Assembly (NCBI GenBank): GCA_002352485.1
Contig: DEIM01000225.1
Span: 12,450-53,203 of the forward strand
Direction: 5' to 3'
Length of the DNA: 40,754 bases
DNA from: Candidatus Dadabacteria bacterium UBA2774
Lineage (GTDB): Bacteria > Desulfobacterota_D > UBA1144 > Nemesobacterales > UBA2774
In this document: positions 1 to 10,087 of the stretch, in pieces
Numbering within the stretch: the stretch's first letter is position 1
Layout: each line of letters opens with the position of its first letter
Position numbers and translations under genes: made by a program
The notes under the pieces: model-generated
Database searches by the model: none
What the model was told of the DNA's origin: nothing
The model's input: the letters and a program-made list of their open reading frames with translations, nothing else

Positions 1-23
1 GGCATCTCACTCCTCCGGATCTA

Positions 24-527
24 TTATCTATTGAAATATTGGTTTAAATGGTCCTGGCCGACCCAATCGTTTCGCTGCTCTTCGTCTTTTTGCTCCTTGT
101 ACTCCATATGCCACCGCAGCTCGTCTTTAGGTCCAGGTACCCTTTTACTCTTATCGTCAAATATGGCTTTAAACGTTGAAAAAACTCTCTGCACACCCTT
201 ACCATCACATATCGGGCACCTGAGCTTCTTCTCATCCTTCTTGTCATAAATAAGCTCGCTGAATCTAAAATTCTGAAGCTCGAGATAAAGGACTTTATTT
301 TTATCAAGTGTATATTTAAACTTCCTGAGCGTCCTGCTATCGCTTTTTTCACCCAGGGCAAATATGGGCTTTTTTTTCTTCCCCTCTGTAACCTCTATAT
401 AGGTAAAACCCTTGTTACCACTTTTTATCTTGGACGCATTGGTCTTGTTGAGTTTCGCTACAAGGGCATCAATGTCCTTGTTATATCTCTCTATACACCC
501 ATCGCATTCATATTCAAATAACGGCAT
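24..527 (-). CDS. FmdB-like zinc-ribbon protein with a large insertion between the two CxxC knuckles
   Basis: N-terminal MPLFEYECDGC and distal RFSELI...CPICDGKGVQRVFS match the FmdB (CxxC_CxxC_SSSS) pattern; AGGAGAG RBS upstream. Confidence 0.7.
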   Translation of the reverse strand: MPLFEYECDGCIERYNKDIDALVAKLNKTNASKIKSGNKGFTYIEVTEGKKKKPIFALGEKSDSRTLRKFKYTLDKNKVLYLELQNFRFSELIYDKKDEKKLRCPICDGKGVQRVFSTFKAIFDDKSKRVPGPKDELRWHMEYKEQKDEEQRNDWVGQDHLNQYFNR

Positions 528-681
528 TGTATCACTCTCCTAATTCGGTAGACAGATAATAATAACTAAAATTTTACGTTTGCTCTAGTTATACGTAACC
601 TGGGCGTAGTGGATTTGACAAAATATCCCCCCGCTCAGATAATAATCCTAAAAGGCATTTGTAAGTATATAGGAAAAGACT

Positions 682-1473
682 ATGTCCGTCACAGATGAAC
701 TGATAGTTGAAGAGAACGGGGCTATTTGTACGCTCATGTTCAATAGACCGGAGAAGAGAAACCTGCTTACTCCCAAAATGCTCCTTGAGGTTAAAAGCAC
801 TCTTGAGAGGCTGGGGGAAGAGAACAGGGTTAGGTGCGTTGTTATTACAGGTACTGGAGATAAAGCGTTTTCCTCGGGCTATGACATATCGGCAATCGGC
901 GAAGACGATATGATCAGAAACCACGAGGGTGAAAATCCTCTTCCTTTGGCGGCAAGAGCAATTGAGAAGTTCCCCTACCCCGTGATCGCCATGATGAACG
1001 GTCATGCTTTCGGAGCAGGGCTTGAGATAGCGGTAACGAGCGACATAAGGATCCTTGTCGAAGGCTCACTACTTGGTATGCCGCCTGTAAAGCTCGGTGT
1101 TGTCTATTCTTATAGGGGCGTAAAGAAGTTTCTGAATCTCATCGGCCCCGGATATACAAAAGAGCTCTTTCTTGTCGGCAAAGCGATAAGCGCAGAAAGG
1201 GCGGCTCAGATTGGACTCGTGAACTTTTTAGCTCCAGAGAATGAGCTTGAGTCCATTACCTACGATATGGCAGAGGAGATTTCGGAAAACGCTCCCCTAT
1301 CACTTAAGGCTCTTAAAGAGATGACAAATGTCTGGGAAAGAAAAAAGATTGTGAGTCCGGATGATGAATCGCTGTTAAGAGAGATGATACTAGACGTACA
1401 GAACAGCGCCGATTATAAAGAGGGTCAGAAATCATTCGCCGAGAAGAGAAAGCCTAAATTTAAGGGTGAGTAG
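682..1473 (+). CDS. Crotonase superfamily (enoyl-CoA hydratase/isomerase-like) protein
   Basis: FNRPEKRN, AFSSGYDI, PVIAMMNGHAFGAGLE, C-terminal EGQKSFAEKRKPKFKG. Confidence 0.93.
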   Translation: MSVTDELIVEENGAICTLMFNRPEKRNLLTPKMLLEVKSTLERLGEENRVRCVVITGTGDKAFSSGYDISAIGEDDMIRNHEGENPLPLAARAIEKFPYPVIAMMNGHAFGAGLEIAVTSDIRILVEGSLLGMPPVKLGVVYSYRGVKKFLNLIGPGYTKELFLVGKAISAERAAQIGLVNFLAPENELESITYDMAEEISENAPLSLKALKEMTNVWERKKIVSPDDESLLREMILDVQNSADYKEGQKSFAEKRKPKFKGE

Positions 1474-1535
1474 ATAGATTACAGAGCCAGCCGTTTCTAA
1501 GACTTATAATTAGCCCTTTTAACAATACATAATTC

Positions 1536-2432
1536 TCATTTGCCGTAGCCAAACTCACTTATAAGATTGTCCCTGTCAGTCCACTTATCGCTTACCTTTA
1601 CCCAGAGCTCAAGGAAAACTTTTGTGCCGAGTATACGTTCAATATCCGCCCTGGCCAGGGTGCCGATTTCTTTAAGCATCTCACCGTTTTTGCCTATGAT
1701 TATTCCCTTGTGATTCTTTCTCTCAACGTGCACAACGGCAGAGATTGCGACGAGCTTTTTCTCGGGCACATCTTGAAACTCTTCTATCGTTACTGCCGTG
1801 GAGTACGGTATTTCTTTGTGTGTTAGATTAAATATCTTTTCCCGTATGAGCTCGGCAGCCAAGAACCTCTCGGGCTGATCCGTGTACATATCCTCTGGGA
1901 AATATTTAGGTCCTTCGGGCAAATGCCCTTCAATCACACTTACAAGCTCTATTGTGCCGTCTGAGTTCATTGCCGAGATAGGAATTATTTCAGAAAATTT
2001 CCCTTCGAATTCCCGTGAGAGCTCGATAATTGTCAGGATGTCCTTCTTCTTAATTTTATCTATCTTATTTATCACCAGGATAGCTGGCTTGGGGAGCTTC
2101 TCTATAATAAATCTATCCCCTCTGCCAAATGGGTTATCCACTTCTACCATCATCAGTATTACGTCCGCTTCTTGAGATGCCGCCACAGCCGTCTGCACCA
2201 TTGCTTTGCCAAGCCTGCCTCTGGCTTTATGAATGCCGGGGGTATCGAGAAATATCATCTGGGACGAGGGTGTGGTTCTGATTCCCAATATCTTGTTGCG
2301 TGTAGTGTTTGGTTTATCGGATACGGCGGCGATCTTCTCTCCTACAAGGGCATTAATGAGCGTAGACTTGCCTACGTTCGGTCTTCCGATTACCGATATA
2401 AACCCTGAATAAAATTTCTTTTCATCGCTCAT
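1536..2432 (-). CDS. era: GTPase Era
   Basis: GRPNVGKS, TTR, DTPG, NKID, EIPYS and KH-domain GIIIGKNG motifs. Confidence 0.97.
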   Translation of the reverse strand: MSDEKKFYSGFISVIGRPNVGKSTLINALVGEKIAAVSDKPNTTRNKILGIRTTPSSQMIFLDTPGIHKARGRLGKAMVQTAVAASQEADVILMMVEVDNPFGRGDRFIIEKLPKPAILVINKIDKIKKKDILTIIELSREFEGKFSEIIPISAMNSDGTIELVSVIEGHLPEGPKYFPEDMYTDQPERFLAAELIREKIFNLTHKEIPYSTAVTIEEFQDVPEKKLVAISAVVHVERKNHKGIIIGKNGEMLKEIGTLARADIERILGTKVFLELWVKVSDKWTDRDNLISEFGYGK

Positions 2433-2453
2433 ATAATTAATCCCGTCTTATCC

Positions 2454-3926
2454 TTATTCCCTTTCATATAAATATAAATTAAGCTTACTAAAATTCTTCA
2501 CTGGTTTTAAATCGTAATCACCTAGCATTTCTCTTTTTATCGCCTGCTTATCTATATTTGCGAATTGCCCGATAACGACCCAGAATCTATCCGGAAGCTC
2601 ACCTGTAGACTCAGAAGTGAGAGGCAAGAACTGTAAATCCACTCTATCTTTATAATACTCAGGGGTCATTGCATCAAATGCAGGATACACGAACACACTG
2701 TCGTTGTCTTCCGCATTTGATTCCAGATAGGATACAGCCTCCCTCCACTGGTATTTGTGAGCCTCTATGTAGTACATACTGAGAGGCCATATAGAAAGTA
2801 GTAATATAACCGCAGGGATAAGAACCGTAAGCCTCTTGTTGTGCAAGTTCCAGATGCCCTTACCGGCCAGTAGGTAAAGCGCCAACGAAGAGCCGATGAT
2901 GTAGCGAGTGTGGAGTATGGGGGTTGAGATATGAGATATTACAAAGGGAATTAGAATGGGTACAAAGAGCCATAGCAGGAGCAAGTACATACCATTAACG
3001 TTAGAGAGAAATGACTTATGACTCGGATCGTCTTTTATATCTATTATATCCTTTATATTTTTACTATGAGCTATATTTTGAAAACTGATGAACGAAAACG
3101 CGGCTAGAATAAGAAACAGAAAAAAAAGTATGTAGTCGCGGCCCGAGAAATGGTAGAAGTACCTGGCAATATCAACCACAGTGGGATCTGAGAGCCAGAA
3201 ACCGCCCTGCATCGCGACTGTGTTCTTGTACCAGATCAATATCCCGGGGATGAATAGCAATCCCGTTATTAGCTGAAGCACTATCCACTTTGATAGGCTC
3301 AAACTGAAAACATCTCTATTCACGAAGTAGCGGGTAAAACAAAATATGTTCTGCACAATCAGTATAAACACACCGTAAAAATGGGAGTACATGAGTAGCA
3401 CGCTCGTTATGACATAGCCTATTATATAGAGTGTTTTCGAACCGCTCAGAGTCTTTAAAAATAAATAAAAAGAACAAAGAGTGAGGAATGCTAGCAGGCT
3501 ATATACCCTGGCCTCTTGAGAATACTCGATATGGAAAACCGATACGGCAAGAATGAGCGACGCGATTAAAGCGGTAGTCCTGTTAAAAATCAGCTTCCCA
3601 ACCGCATATATCAGAATAATCGAGCCGGTTCCCACGATTACGGAAGGAAGTCTCAGGGAAAACTCTGAATGACCGAACAGCGATACCCAGAAATGCATCA
3701 ACATATAGTAAAGAGGAGGATTGTTATCATTCTTAGCAATCATCCACTGAATAAGCTCACGAATACTTAGCTCGGAAACCTGAGAGGTGACAGCTTCGTC
3801 GAGCCATATACTCTCGCCGCTGAGATCATAAATTCTTAAGACCACGCCTAAGAGGATGATAAGTAACAGGAGATAGTTATCTTCTATATATTTTAGTGAA
3901 TGGTGATTTTGCAAAATTGCGCTCAA
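2454..3926 (-). CDS. GT-C fold membrane glycosyltransferase (GT39/PMT_2, ArnT-like)
   Basis: SIWLDEA, NPPLYY, SEFSLRLPS, YSQEARVYS motifs; many transmembrane segments. Confidence 0.85.
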   Translation of the reverse strand: MSAILQNHHSLKYIEDNYLLLLIILLGVVLRIYDLSGESIWLDEAVTSQVSELSIRELIQWMIAKNDNNPPLYYMLMHFWVSLFGHSEFSLRLPSVIVGTGSIILIYAVGKLIFNRTTALIASLILAVSVFHIEYSQEARVYSLLAFLTLCSFYLFLKTLSGSKTLYIIGYVITSVLLMYSHFYGVFILIVQNIFCFTRYFVNRDVFSLSLSKWIVLQLITGLLFIPGILIWYKNTVAMQGGFWLSDPTVVDIARYFYHFSGRDYILFFLFLILAAFSFISFQNIAHSKNIKDIIDIKDDPSHKSFLSNVNGMYLLLLWLFVPILIPFVISHISTPILHTRYIIGSSLALYLLAGKGIWNLHNKRLTVLIPAVILLLSIWPLSMYYIEAHKYQWREAVSYLESNAEDNDSVFVYPAFDAMTPEYYKDRVDLQFLPLTSESTGELPDRFWVVIGQFANIDKQAIKREMLGDYDLKPVKNFSKLNLYLYERE

Positions 3927-4173
3927 TAATTTTATTTAGTACTAGTATTAATTTTTATGGATGGGAGGTCAATTGTAGGGTTATTTGTTGGCGCACTTGC
4001 ACTCCCTCATGGAGGCAAGAAATTAATCCTATCGGAATAACGATGAAGAGTTTATCAACCACTAATAGACATAAATTCATACTATGGGGAGTTTGGGTCC
4101 TCTTTTTTCTTTGATCAAAATGCAACGAAACGATATAAAATGATGTTATATTTCTGGGGAGGAGGTAAATAAT

Positions 4174-4434
4174 ATGAAAAAATTTCTTGCGATTAGCTTT
4201 CTTTTGGTCTTTGCTTTATCTATGTTCTCCGGGACAGATGTTAATGCTCAAGGCCCCGGCGCAGGCGACCCAGGCATAGTTTGGGATAACAAAAGCATAC
4301 CTACCGGGTCTTACTGCAGAATAGAGAAGGTTGGCGTATGTGTAGTCGCGCAGAACGAAGAGGACTGCGCAAAGATCAGCGGAGAAAAGGTAGACAGCTG
4401 TAGTACGAATGATATGGTTGAGGATAAGAAGTAG
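4174..4434 (+). CDS. Small secreted protein with 4 Cys, hypothetical
   Basis: GGAGGAGG RBS; Sec signal peptide ending VNA|Q. Confidence 0.75.
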   Translation: MKKFLAISFLLVFALSMFSGTDVNAQGPGAGDPGIVWDNKSIPTGSYCRIEKVGVCVVAQNEEDCAKISGEKVDSCSTNDMVEDKK

Positions 4435-4478
4435 AAGCCGAGAAAGAGCACTTAATATTAGGGTATGCGGGATTTTAT

Positions 4479-4719
4479 CACCCCACTTCCTAGCCTTCCC
4501 CCTTGTATGAAAGTGAGAGATGACTGTGGTACATTTGTAGCCTCTCAAAGACGGATTTGGGCTGAAGAACATGTATGAATGCACACTCTGCGTGCTAAAT
4601 TCGTGCTTTCACAGGAATGACAAATCCAAATCCCCCTTGTATTCCCCCTTTTTCTAAGGGGGAGATAGAAAAGCAAACGTAAAAGATGAGATTCCCGACA
4701 AAGACATCTGAGAATAACA
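4479..4719. repeat. Cluster of degenerate REP-like short palindromic elements
   Basis: caccccacttcctagccttccccc (4479), attcgtgctttcacaggaatgaca (~4599), perfect hairpin tccccctt-tttct-aaggggga (4643-4663), gattcccgac...gagaataaca (4690). Confidence 0.5.
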
Positions 4720-4820
4720 ATTTTTAGTGTGCTGCATCTTATTAACCCCTTGAGAATTCTATCCAAGAGGTTATGATTCCCTGTTTTTATAGACATATAT
4801 ATGAATAAGGAGTTTTAGTG

Positions 4821-6620
4821 ATGCTTGAACTGATGGGAGACTGGCAAAGGACTGATCACTGCGGGACTTTAGGCGCTTCTGACGTTGATAGGGAAGTGCT
4901 GCTTATGGGCTGGATTCAGTCGCATAGAGACCATGGAGGGGTGATATTCATAGACCTCAGAGACCGTGAAGGTCTGGTGCAGATAGTGATTAACCCCGAG
5001 ATAAGTAAAGATGTGCACGAGATCGGCGAAACACTCAGGGACGAGTGGGTAATAGCGCTCAAAGGTAAAGTGAAAAACCGCTCCGCCGAAACCATTAACT
5101 CCAACCTCCCGACAGGCGAGATCGAAGTGTTCGCAGATGAAGTAAGAGTACTTAACACCTCCAAGGTTATCCCGTTCCTAATTGAAGACGATATAAACGT
5201 AGATGAGCTACTGAGACTAAAGTACAGATACCTTGACTTAAGACGTACAGAGATGAAGAACAACATTATCACTAGGCATAAAGTTGTAGCGGCCACGAGG
5301 GATTATCTGAACTCAACCTCCTTTTTAGAGATAGAAACGCCTTACTTAACCAAGTCCACACCGGAAGGGGCAAGGGACTTTTTGGTCCCAAGCAGACTGA
5401 ACCCGGGAGAGTTCTACGCGCTTCCGCAGTCGCCCCAGATACTAAAACAGACTCTGATGATATCGGGGTTTGACCGCTACTATCAGATAGTACGCTGCTT
5501 CAGGGACGAGGATTTAAGAGCAGACCGTCAGCCCGAGTTTACGCAGATTGACCTTGAGATGTCTTTTGTAAACGAGTCGGATATTATGAACACGGTCGAG
5601 GGAATGTTAACGTCAATTTTTAAGGAAGCTGCCGGGACTGAGATCGGGACTCCATTTAAAAGAATGAATTACGAAGACGCAATGCTACGCTACGGGACAG
5701 ACAAGCCAGACACCAGATTTGGGCTTGAGCTTGAGGACATAAGCGATGTTTTCAGAGACTCGGAGTTTAAAGTATTCAGCGGAGCACTCGGCAAAGGAGG
5801 CGTTATTAAAGCGCTCAACCTTAAAGGGAAAGCAGGAGAGCTTTCGAGAAAAGAAATTGACGACTTAACGGAAGACGCTAAAACGCTCGGCGCAAAGGGG
5901 CTTGCCTGGATAAGGGTCTCGGGAGAGGAGTGGCAGTCACCGATAATAAAATTCTTTAGCGATGTTGAAAAAGATAATCTACAAAAAACCCTGAACCTTG
6001 AAGACGGCGATATAGTTTTCTTCGGTGCGGATTCAAGCTATATAGTAAATTTGGTGCTGTCTAATTTAAGGCTTAAGCTCGGAGAAAGGTTTGGGATGAT
6101 CGACCATAGTAAATTTGAGTTTCTATGGGTGGAGGAGTTTCCGCTGCTTGATTATGATGAGAATGAAAACCGCTACACAGCCATGCACCACCCGTTTACA
6201 TCTCCGTTTGAAGAGGATATCGAGCTTCTAGAAACCGACCCTGGAAAGGTGAGGTCGAGGGCTTACGACATCGTATTAAACGGAGTTGAGATCGGAGGAG
6301 GCAGCATAAGGATTTACAGAAAGGATATTCAGGAGAAGCTCTTTCATACAATCGGACTGAGCCAAGAGGAAGCGGAGAGCAAATTCGGGTTCCTGCTAGA
6401 AGCCCTTGAATACGGGGCGCCCCCTCACGGAGGTATCGCACTTGGGCTGGACAGGATAATAATGCTGATTGCAGGAGCAAGTTCGATAAGGGACGTAATC
6501 GCTTTTCCGAAAACACAAAAGGGAGCGTGCCCGCTTACAGAGGCCCCGTCTGAAGTGGATATCGCACAGCTACTTGAGCTGGGTATAAAACTCGATATAA
6601 AAGAAGAAGAAAAGAGCTAA
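4821..6620 (+). CDS. aspS: Aspartate--tRNA ligase
   Basis: RDHGGVIFIDLRD, STPEGARDF, FRDEDLRADRQPEFTQ, GAPPHGGIALGLDR; AAGGAG RBS favours ATG 4821 over GTG 4818. Confidence 0.98.
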   Translation: MLELMGDWQRTDHCGTLGASDVDREVLLMGWIQSHRDHGGVIFIDLRDREGLVQIVINPEISKDVHEIGETLRDEWVIALKGKVKNRSAETINSNLPTGEIEVFADEVRVLNTSKVIPFLIEDDINVDELLRLKYRYLDLRRTEMKNNIITRHKVVAATRDYLNSTSFLEIETPYLTKSTPEGARDFLVPSRLNPGEFYALPQSPQILKQTLMISGFDRYYQIVRCFRDEDLRADRQPEFTQIDLEMSFVNESDIMNTVEGMLTSIFKEAAGTEIGTPFKRMNYEDAMLRYGTDKPDTRFGLELEDISDVFRDSEFKVFSGALGKGGVIKALNLKGKAGELSRKEIDDLTEDAKTLGAKGLAWIRVSGEEWQSPIIKFFSDVEKDNLQKTLNLEDGDIVFFGADSSYIVNLVLSNLRLKLGERFGMIDHSKFEFLWVEEFPLLDYDENENRYTAMHHPFTSPFEEDIELLETDPGKVRSRAYDIVLNGVEIGGGSIRIYRKDIQEKLFHTIGLSQEEAESKFGFLLEALEYGAPPHGGIALGLDRIIMLIAGASSIRDVIAFPKTQKGACPLTEAPSEVDIAQLLELGIKLDIKEEEKS

Positions 6621-6639
6621 TTAGATAGACCACCCAATA

Positions 6640-6861
6640 TCATTTTACACTCTCGGGAGTCTTACAGTTCCTCATCGCGTCCTCAAGCCACTGATCGGCC
6701 TCTTCTTTGGTCTCGAACTTCTCTGACCATAAGTTGTCGTTCCTGTACTCAAATTCCCATACCCAGCCGTCTGTCGGACGGCCTAAGCGGATCACAAGAA
6801 CCTGCTTCAGGTTTATCCAGCACAACTCGCCTACCTTGGATTTTATCTGAATAAACATCAC
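6640..6861 (-). CDS. Small hypothetical protein
   Basis: GGAGG RBS, fills the intergenic gap, protein-like composition; start GTG 6861 or ATG 6858. Confidence 0.6.
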   Translation of the reverse strand: MMFIQIKSKVGELCWINLKQVLVIRLGRPTDGWVWEFEYRNDNLWSEKFETKEEADQWLEDAMRNCKTPESVK

Positions 6862-6951
6862 ACCCTCCTATGTTATAGAGCTAATACGTTCGGTGAATAA
6901 ATATATCAATCCTACTATTCTTTACTGTGTTACAGAATTTATCAAGCCTCT

Positions 6952-7905
6952 TCAATTCGTTGAAAGACCCCGTGTCAGATCATCAACATTTTTAGGCAGC
7001 TTCTTAAAGTTTTCTTTTGAGGTTGAATAAACCGTATTCTGAGAGTCAAACTTGATATAGTACTCGTCTTCGTCTTTTCGTTTTCCAAAGAATAGTTTAT
7101 GAGAGGCGCCGTTTTGGAATATCTCAATTTCAGCAGTCGGCATTTCCAATCCGTAGGTCTTTAAACTTTCGGGCTCCCGACTCACAACACCGTTAATTTC
7201 CAAATCCGAGAGTGTTGTCAGGAGCTGCTCGGCCTTTTCTTGATCGAGTATCGTATTGTCCGAAAGCGGCCCCGCAATCCATAGACCGTCTTCTCTTTCG
7301 AACTGTATGTAAAAATTCCCTACTCTTAGAACAATCCGGTTAACCAGATCGGGAATTAGGGCGATTACCCTTTTATCCCTGAAATCCTTCTGGGATTTAT
7401 CTATTAATCTCGACGCCAAAGCCTTATCCGTAATAAGCACTCTGTCTTTATCTACGTCATAAACATATGTCCCGGTCTCGCTCGGGTTCTGATTGCCGAT
7501 TAATAAGTAGTATTCAGCCTTGTCCGATATGACCATAAATTCAGATTGGGGCTCTTGTAGGCCGAACTCATCAAGCTCAAGACCCTGTGAGGAAACGGTC
7601 TGTATAAGCTCCATGGACTTAATATCGTTTATTAACTCTTTTACTGAAGTACTGTCAGCCTTTGATTTACGCTCTGATTCCGACACGAACCACTGTCCGT
7701 CTACATTCTCAATATTGATTTCAGAACCCGGTGATTTTAGCATAACGGAGAGAATTTCTTCTTTTTCGAGAGAAGGAAAGACCATTTTTTTATTTTCAGC
7801 CTTATCTTCCCCGTTAAATAGAAAGATCCCGGCCAGCAGTATGAAAAAGATCACTACTGCTGCCAAGGTGCCTGAAAATTTCTTGAGATAAGGGCTTGTT
7901 CCCAT
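6952..7905 (-). CDS. DUF4340 domain-containing membrane-anchored protein
   Basis: N-terminal TM helix, two repeats with L..FGL..P / L..YGL..P and LLIG/LFFG motifs; follows a GldG-like gene. Confidence 0.8.
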   Translation of the reverse strand: MGTSPYLKKFSGTLAAVVIFFILLAGIFLFNGEDKAENKKMVFPSLEKEEILSVMLKSPGSEINIENVDGQWFVSESERKSKADSTSVKELINDIKSMELIQTVSSQGLELDEFGLQEPQSEFMVISDKAEYYLLIGNQNPSETGTYVYDVDKDRVLITDKALASRLIDKSQKDFRDKRVIALIPDLVNRIVLRVGNFYIQFEREDGLWIAGPLSDNTILDQEKAEQLLTTLSDLEINGVVSREPESLKTYGLEMPTAEIEIFQNGASHKLFFGKRKDEDEYYIKFDSQNTVYSTSKENFKKLPKNVDDLTRGLSTN

Positions 7906-7973
7906 CTGTAAGAGTATTCGTTCAGAGTTTTATAATTACAATTTTATATGTGTCAGTATTATCACTTAGAATA

Positions 7974-9335
7974 TTACATCTTCCTTCTTTTCCACCATAT
8001 TGCAACCCCAGAGAATAGAACCACCGCCGGTATCAATATGACGGTAAAGAAAAAGATAACGTTAGTCTGCTTATTCGTAATGGTGAGCTTTCCCTGCTCT
8101 GCGCTCTTGGGTCTGATGGAGATAAGGTTTTCATCCCCCGACACCCAGTTTACCGTGTTCAAAAATAGGTCCCGGTTTCCTGAGAAGTCAAAGAAAATGT
8201 TCGATACAAAATCTACGCTGCCGAAAACCGCTATCCTGCCCCTGGAGCCGTTCTCGGATACAGCAAGCACACCTAACGGACCCGCTTTATCGGTCTCTTC
8301 CTGCTGAGCCACACCCTGATCGAAATTATCAAAATCAGTTTCAGACCAGCTGTACTGACCGGTATGGGCCAGGACAACTGAAGTCATACCATCTACATCC
8401 AGAGCATATATACTCCTGGAATAGGGGAATATGGTCGCGTATCGGAAATCATCCGTGATTTCATGCGGGGTGTACTCGCCTACTATGGGGGCGATATCAC
8501 CCCCGCCTTCAAGCTTTGAGCTCGGGTCGACAATGATATCTTCTGAGAGCATGATCCCGTAAGACTTGAGGACAGATGCAATCTCAGTGCCCGAGCGGGG
8601 TTCAATCATAAATACCGCCTTCCCTCCCCTGCCGAGATATCCTTTGATATCCCCTATCTCCTTTAGCGTAAAAGCCTGTTTGGGCGCTGCAAGCACTATA
8701 ACGGAGTTCTCGCCGGGAAGCGCCTGCCCTTTTGGTAAAAGTATTTCTCTTACGTTATAACCCTCGTCAATGAGCGCGTTCTTTAAGACACCCAAACCCT
8801 CTGGCTCGACATCGTCCCCTATATCCCTCTCGCCGTGACCGGTAATAAAATAAACGGTTTTATTAATACTTCTCGACAATTTTAGAATGGCGTTTGTAAT
8901 CTCTTCTTCGGAGCTGTTTATTATGCCGCCTGAAATCGGGTCACCCAGTCTGAGTTTTATCGTTTCGTCCCCGTACGCGAGAACAACGGACCCGTATTCT
9001 TTTATTTCATAGTGCTTTGCAAGACCCGGCTCTTTGTCAGGGTTTATGACCCTTACCTTTAAATTATTGGAGCGTCTGGAATAGTCCTTTATTAAGTCCT
9101 GAAACTCGCTCCTGTCAGTACCGGTGTCTTTGAAAAAGGCAATTATTTCTATGGGGCTATCGAGCTCGTTTAACACTTCTACCGTATTATCCGAGACCGT
9201 GAAGAGCTTTGTGTCTGTGAGATCGAACCTGAAATCGCTCTTTGAAGCCAGAAAATTCAGAATAATCAGTATTCCGATAGTTGCGATTATTGATATGAGC
9301 GCGTTGGTCCCGTATATAAGCCTCCTGTTCTTCAT
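7974..9335 (-). CDS. GldG-like ABC transporter auxiliary component
   Basis: RFDLTDTKLFTVS, VYFITGHGE, GNRDLFLNTVNW, C-terminal TM then WWKRR; ATGA overlap with the upstream permease. Confidence 0.88.
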   Translation of the reverse strand: MKNRRLIYGTNALISIIATIGILIILNFLASKSDFRFDLTDTKLFTVSDNTVEVLNELDSPIEIIAFFKDTGTDRSEFQDLIKDYSRRSNNLKVRVINPDKEPGLAKHYEIKEYGSVVLAYGDETIKLRLGDPISGGIINSSEEEITNAILKLSRSINKTVYFITGHGERDIGDDVEPEGLGVLKNALIDEGYNVREILLPKGQALPGENSVIVLAAPKQAFTLKEIGDIKGYLGRGGKAVFMIEPRSGTEIASVLKSYGIMLSEDIIVDPSSKLEGGGDIAPIVGEYTPHEITDDFRYATIFPYSRSIYALDVDGMTSVVLAHTGQYSWSETDFDNFDQGVAQQEETDKAGPLGVLAVSENGSRGRIAVFGSVDFVSNIFFDFSGNRDLFLNTVNWVSGDENLISIRPKSAEQGKLTITNKQTNVIFFFTVILIPAVVLFSGVAIWWKRRKM

Positions 9336-10084
9336 CTCCACCTCTCCGATTCTAGCGCGGTGTGAGCGAGAAAGAGCCCGAGGTATATGAGCGATCCGTA
9401 ATACACTAGATCTTTAATTCCGATAATTCCTTTACCGAAAGGCTCGAAGTGGTTAATGACGGAGATATACCCGAGGATACTTCCATCGACAGGGGACATT
9501 GCTCCCACAAGCCAAAGCACGAGGAGAACCCCAAATGAGATTACGGCTGCAATAAGCTGGTTATCAGTAAGAGAAGAAGCGAAAAGCCCAATTGCGAGAA
9601 AAGAAGCTCCTAAAAGGAAAAGCCCGATGTAGCCTGACATAATAGCGCCAATATCGGGGTTACCATGCACCATCAAAACAAATACATTAATAGATGATAG
9701 CGTAAGCATTATGATCAGAAGTATTACGGCCGCCAGATATTTACCGAGTATAATGGTGCGAAGTTTGATAGGGGAAGTAAACAATAGCTCTGCAGTGTAG
9801 CTCTTTCTCTCATCTGCGAGCAGTCTCATGGTTATAAGCGGTATGATGATGAGAAGCACAAGCGTGATGGTGCCGAAGTAGGGAGCGAGCACAAGATTAT
9901 TGAGGTTAAGCTCACCCCTTTGGAGCTGAAAACCGGGATCAAGCTGTATATGCAGAAAACCCTTTAAGTACAGGAAAAAGAACCAAGCCGATATCCCCTG
10001 AAATACCACAATGATGATATAAGCAAGCGGGGAAGCAAAGTAGGATTTAAACTCTCTCTTTAAAATAGGGTATATCGAATTCAT
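9332..10084 (-). CDS. ABC-2 permease, GldF-like
   Basis: REFKSYFASPLAY, TMRLLADER, ELLFTSP, ILGKY, SSLTDNQLIAA. Confidence 0.9.
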   Translation of the reverse strand: MNSIYPILKREFKSYFASPLAYIIIVVFQGISAWFFFLYLKGFLHIQLDPGFQLQRGELNLNNLVLAPYFGTITLVLLIIIPLITMRLLADERKSYTAELLFTSPIKLRTIILGKYLAAVILLIIMLTLSSINVFVLMVHGNPDIGAIMSGYIGLFLLGASFLAIGLFASSLTDNQLIAAVISFGVLLVLWLVGAMSPVDGSILGYISVINHFEPFGKGIIGIKDLVYYGSLIYLGLFLAHTALESERWR

Positions 10085-10087
10085 TTC

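Noticed and set aside
3989..4001. TGGCGCACTTGCA as a sigma-54 promoter
   Set aside because: GG to GC spacing is too short for a -24/-12 element
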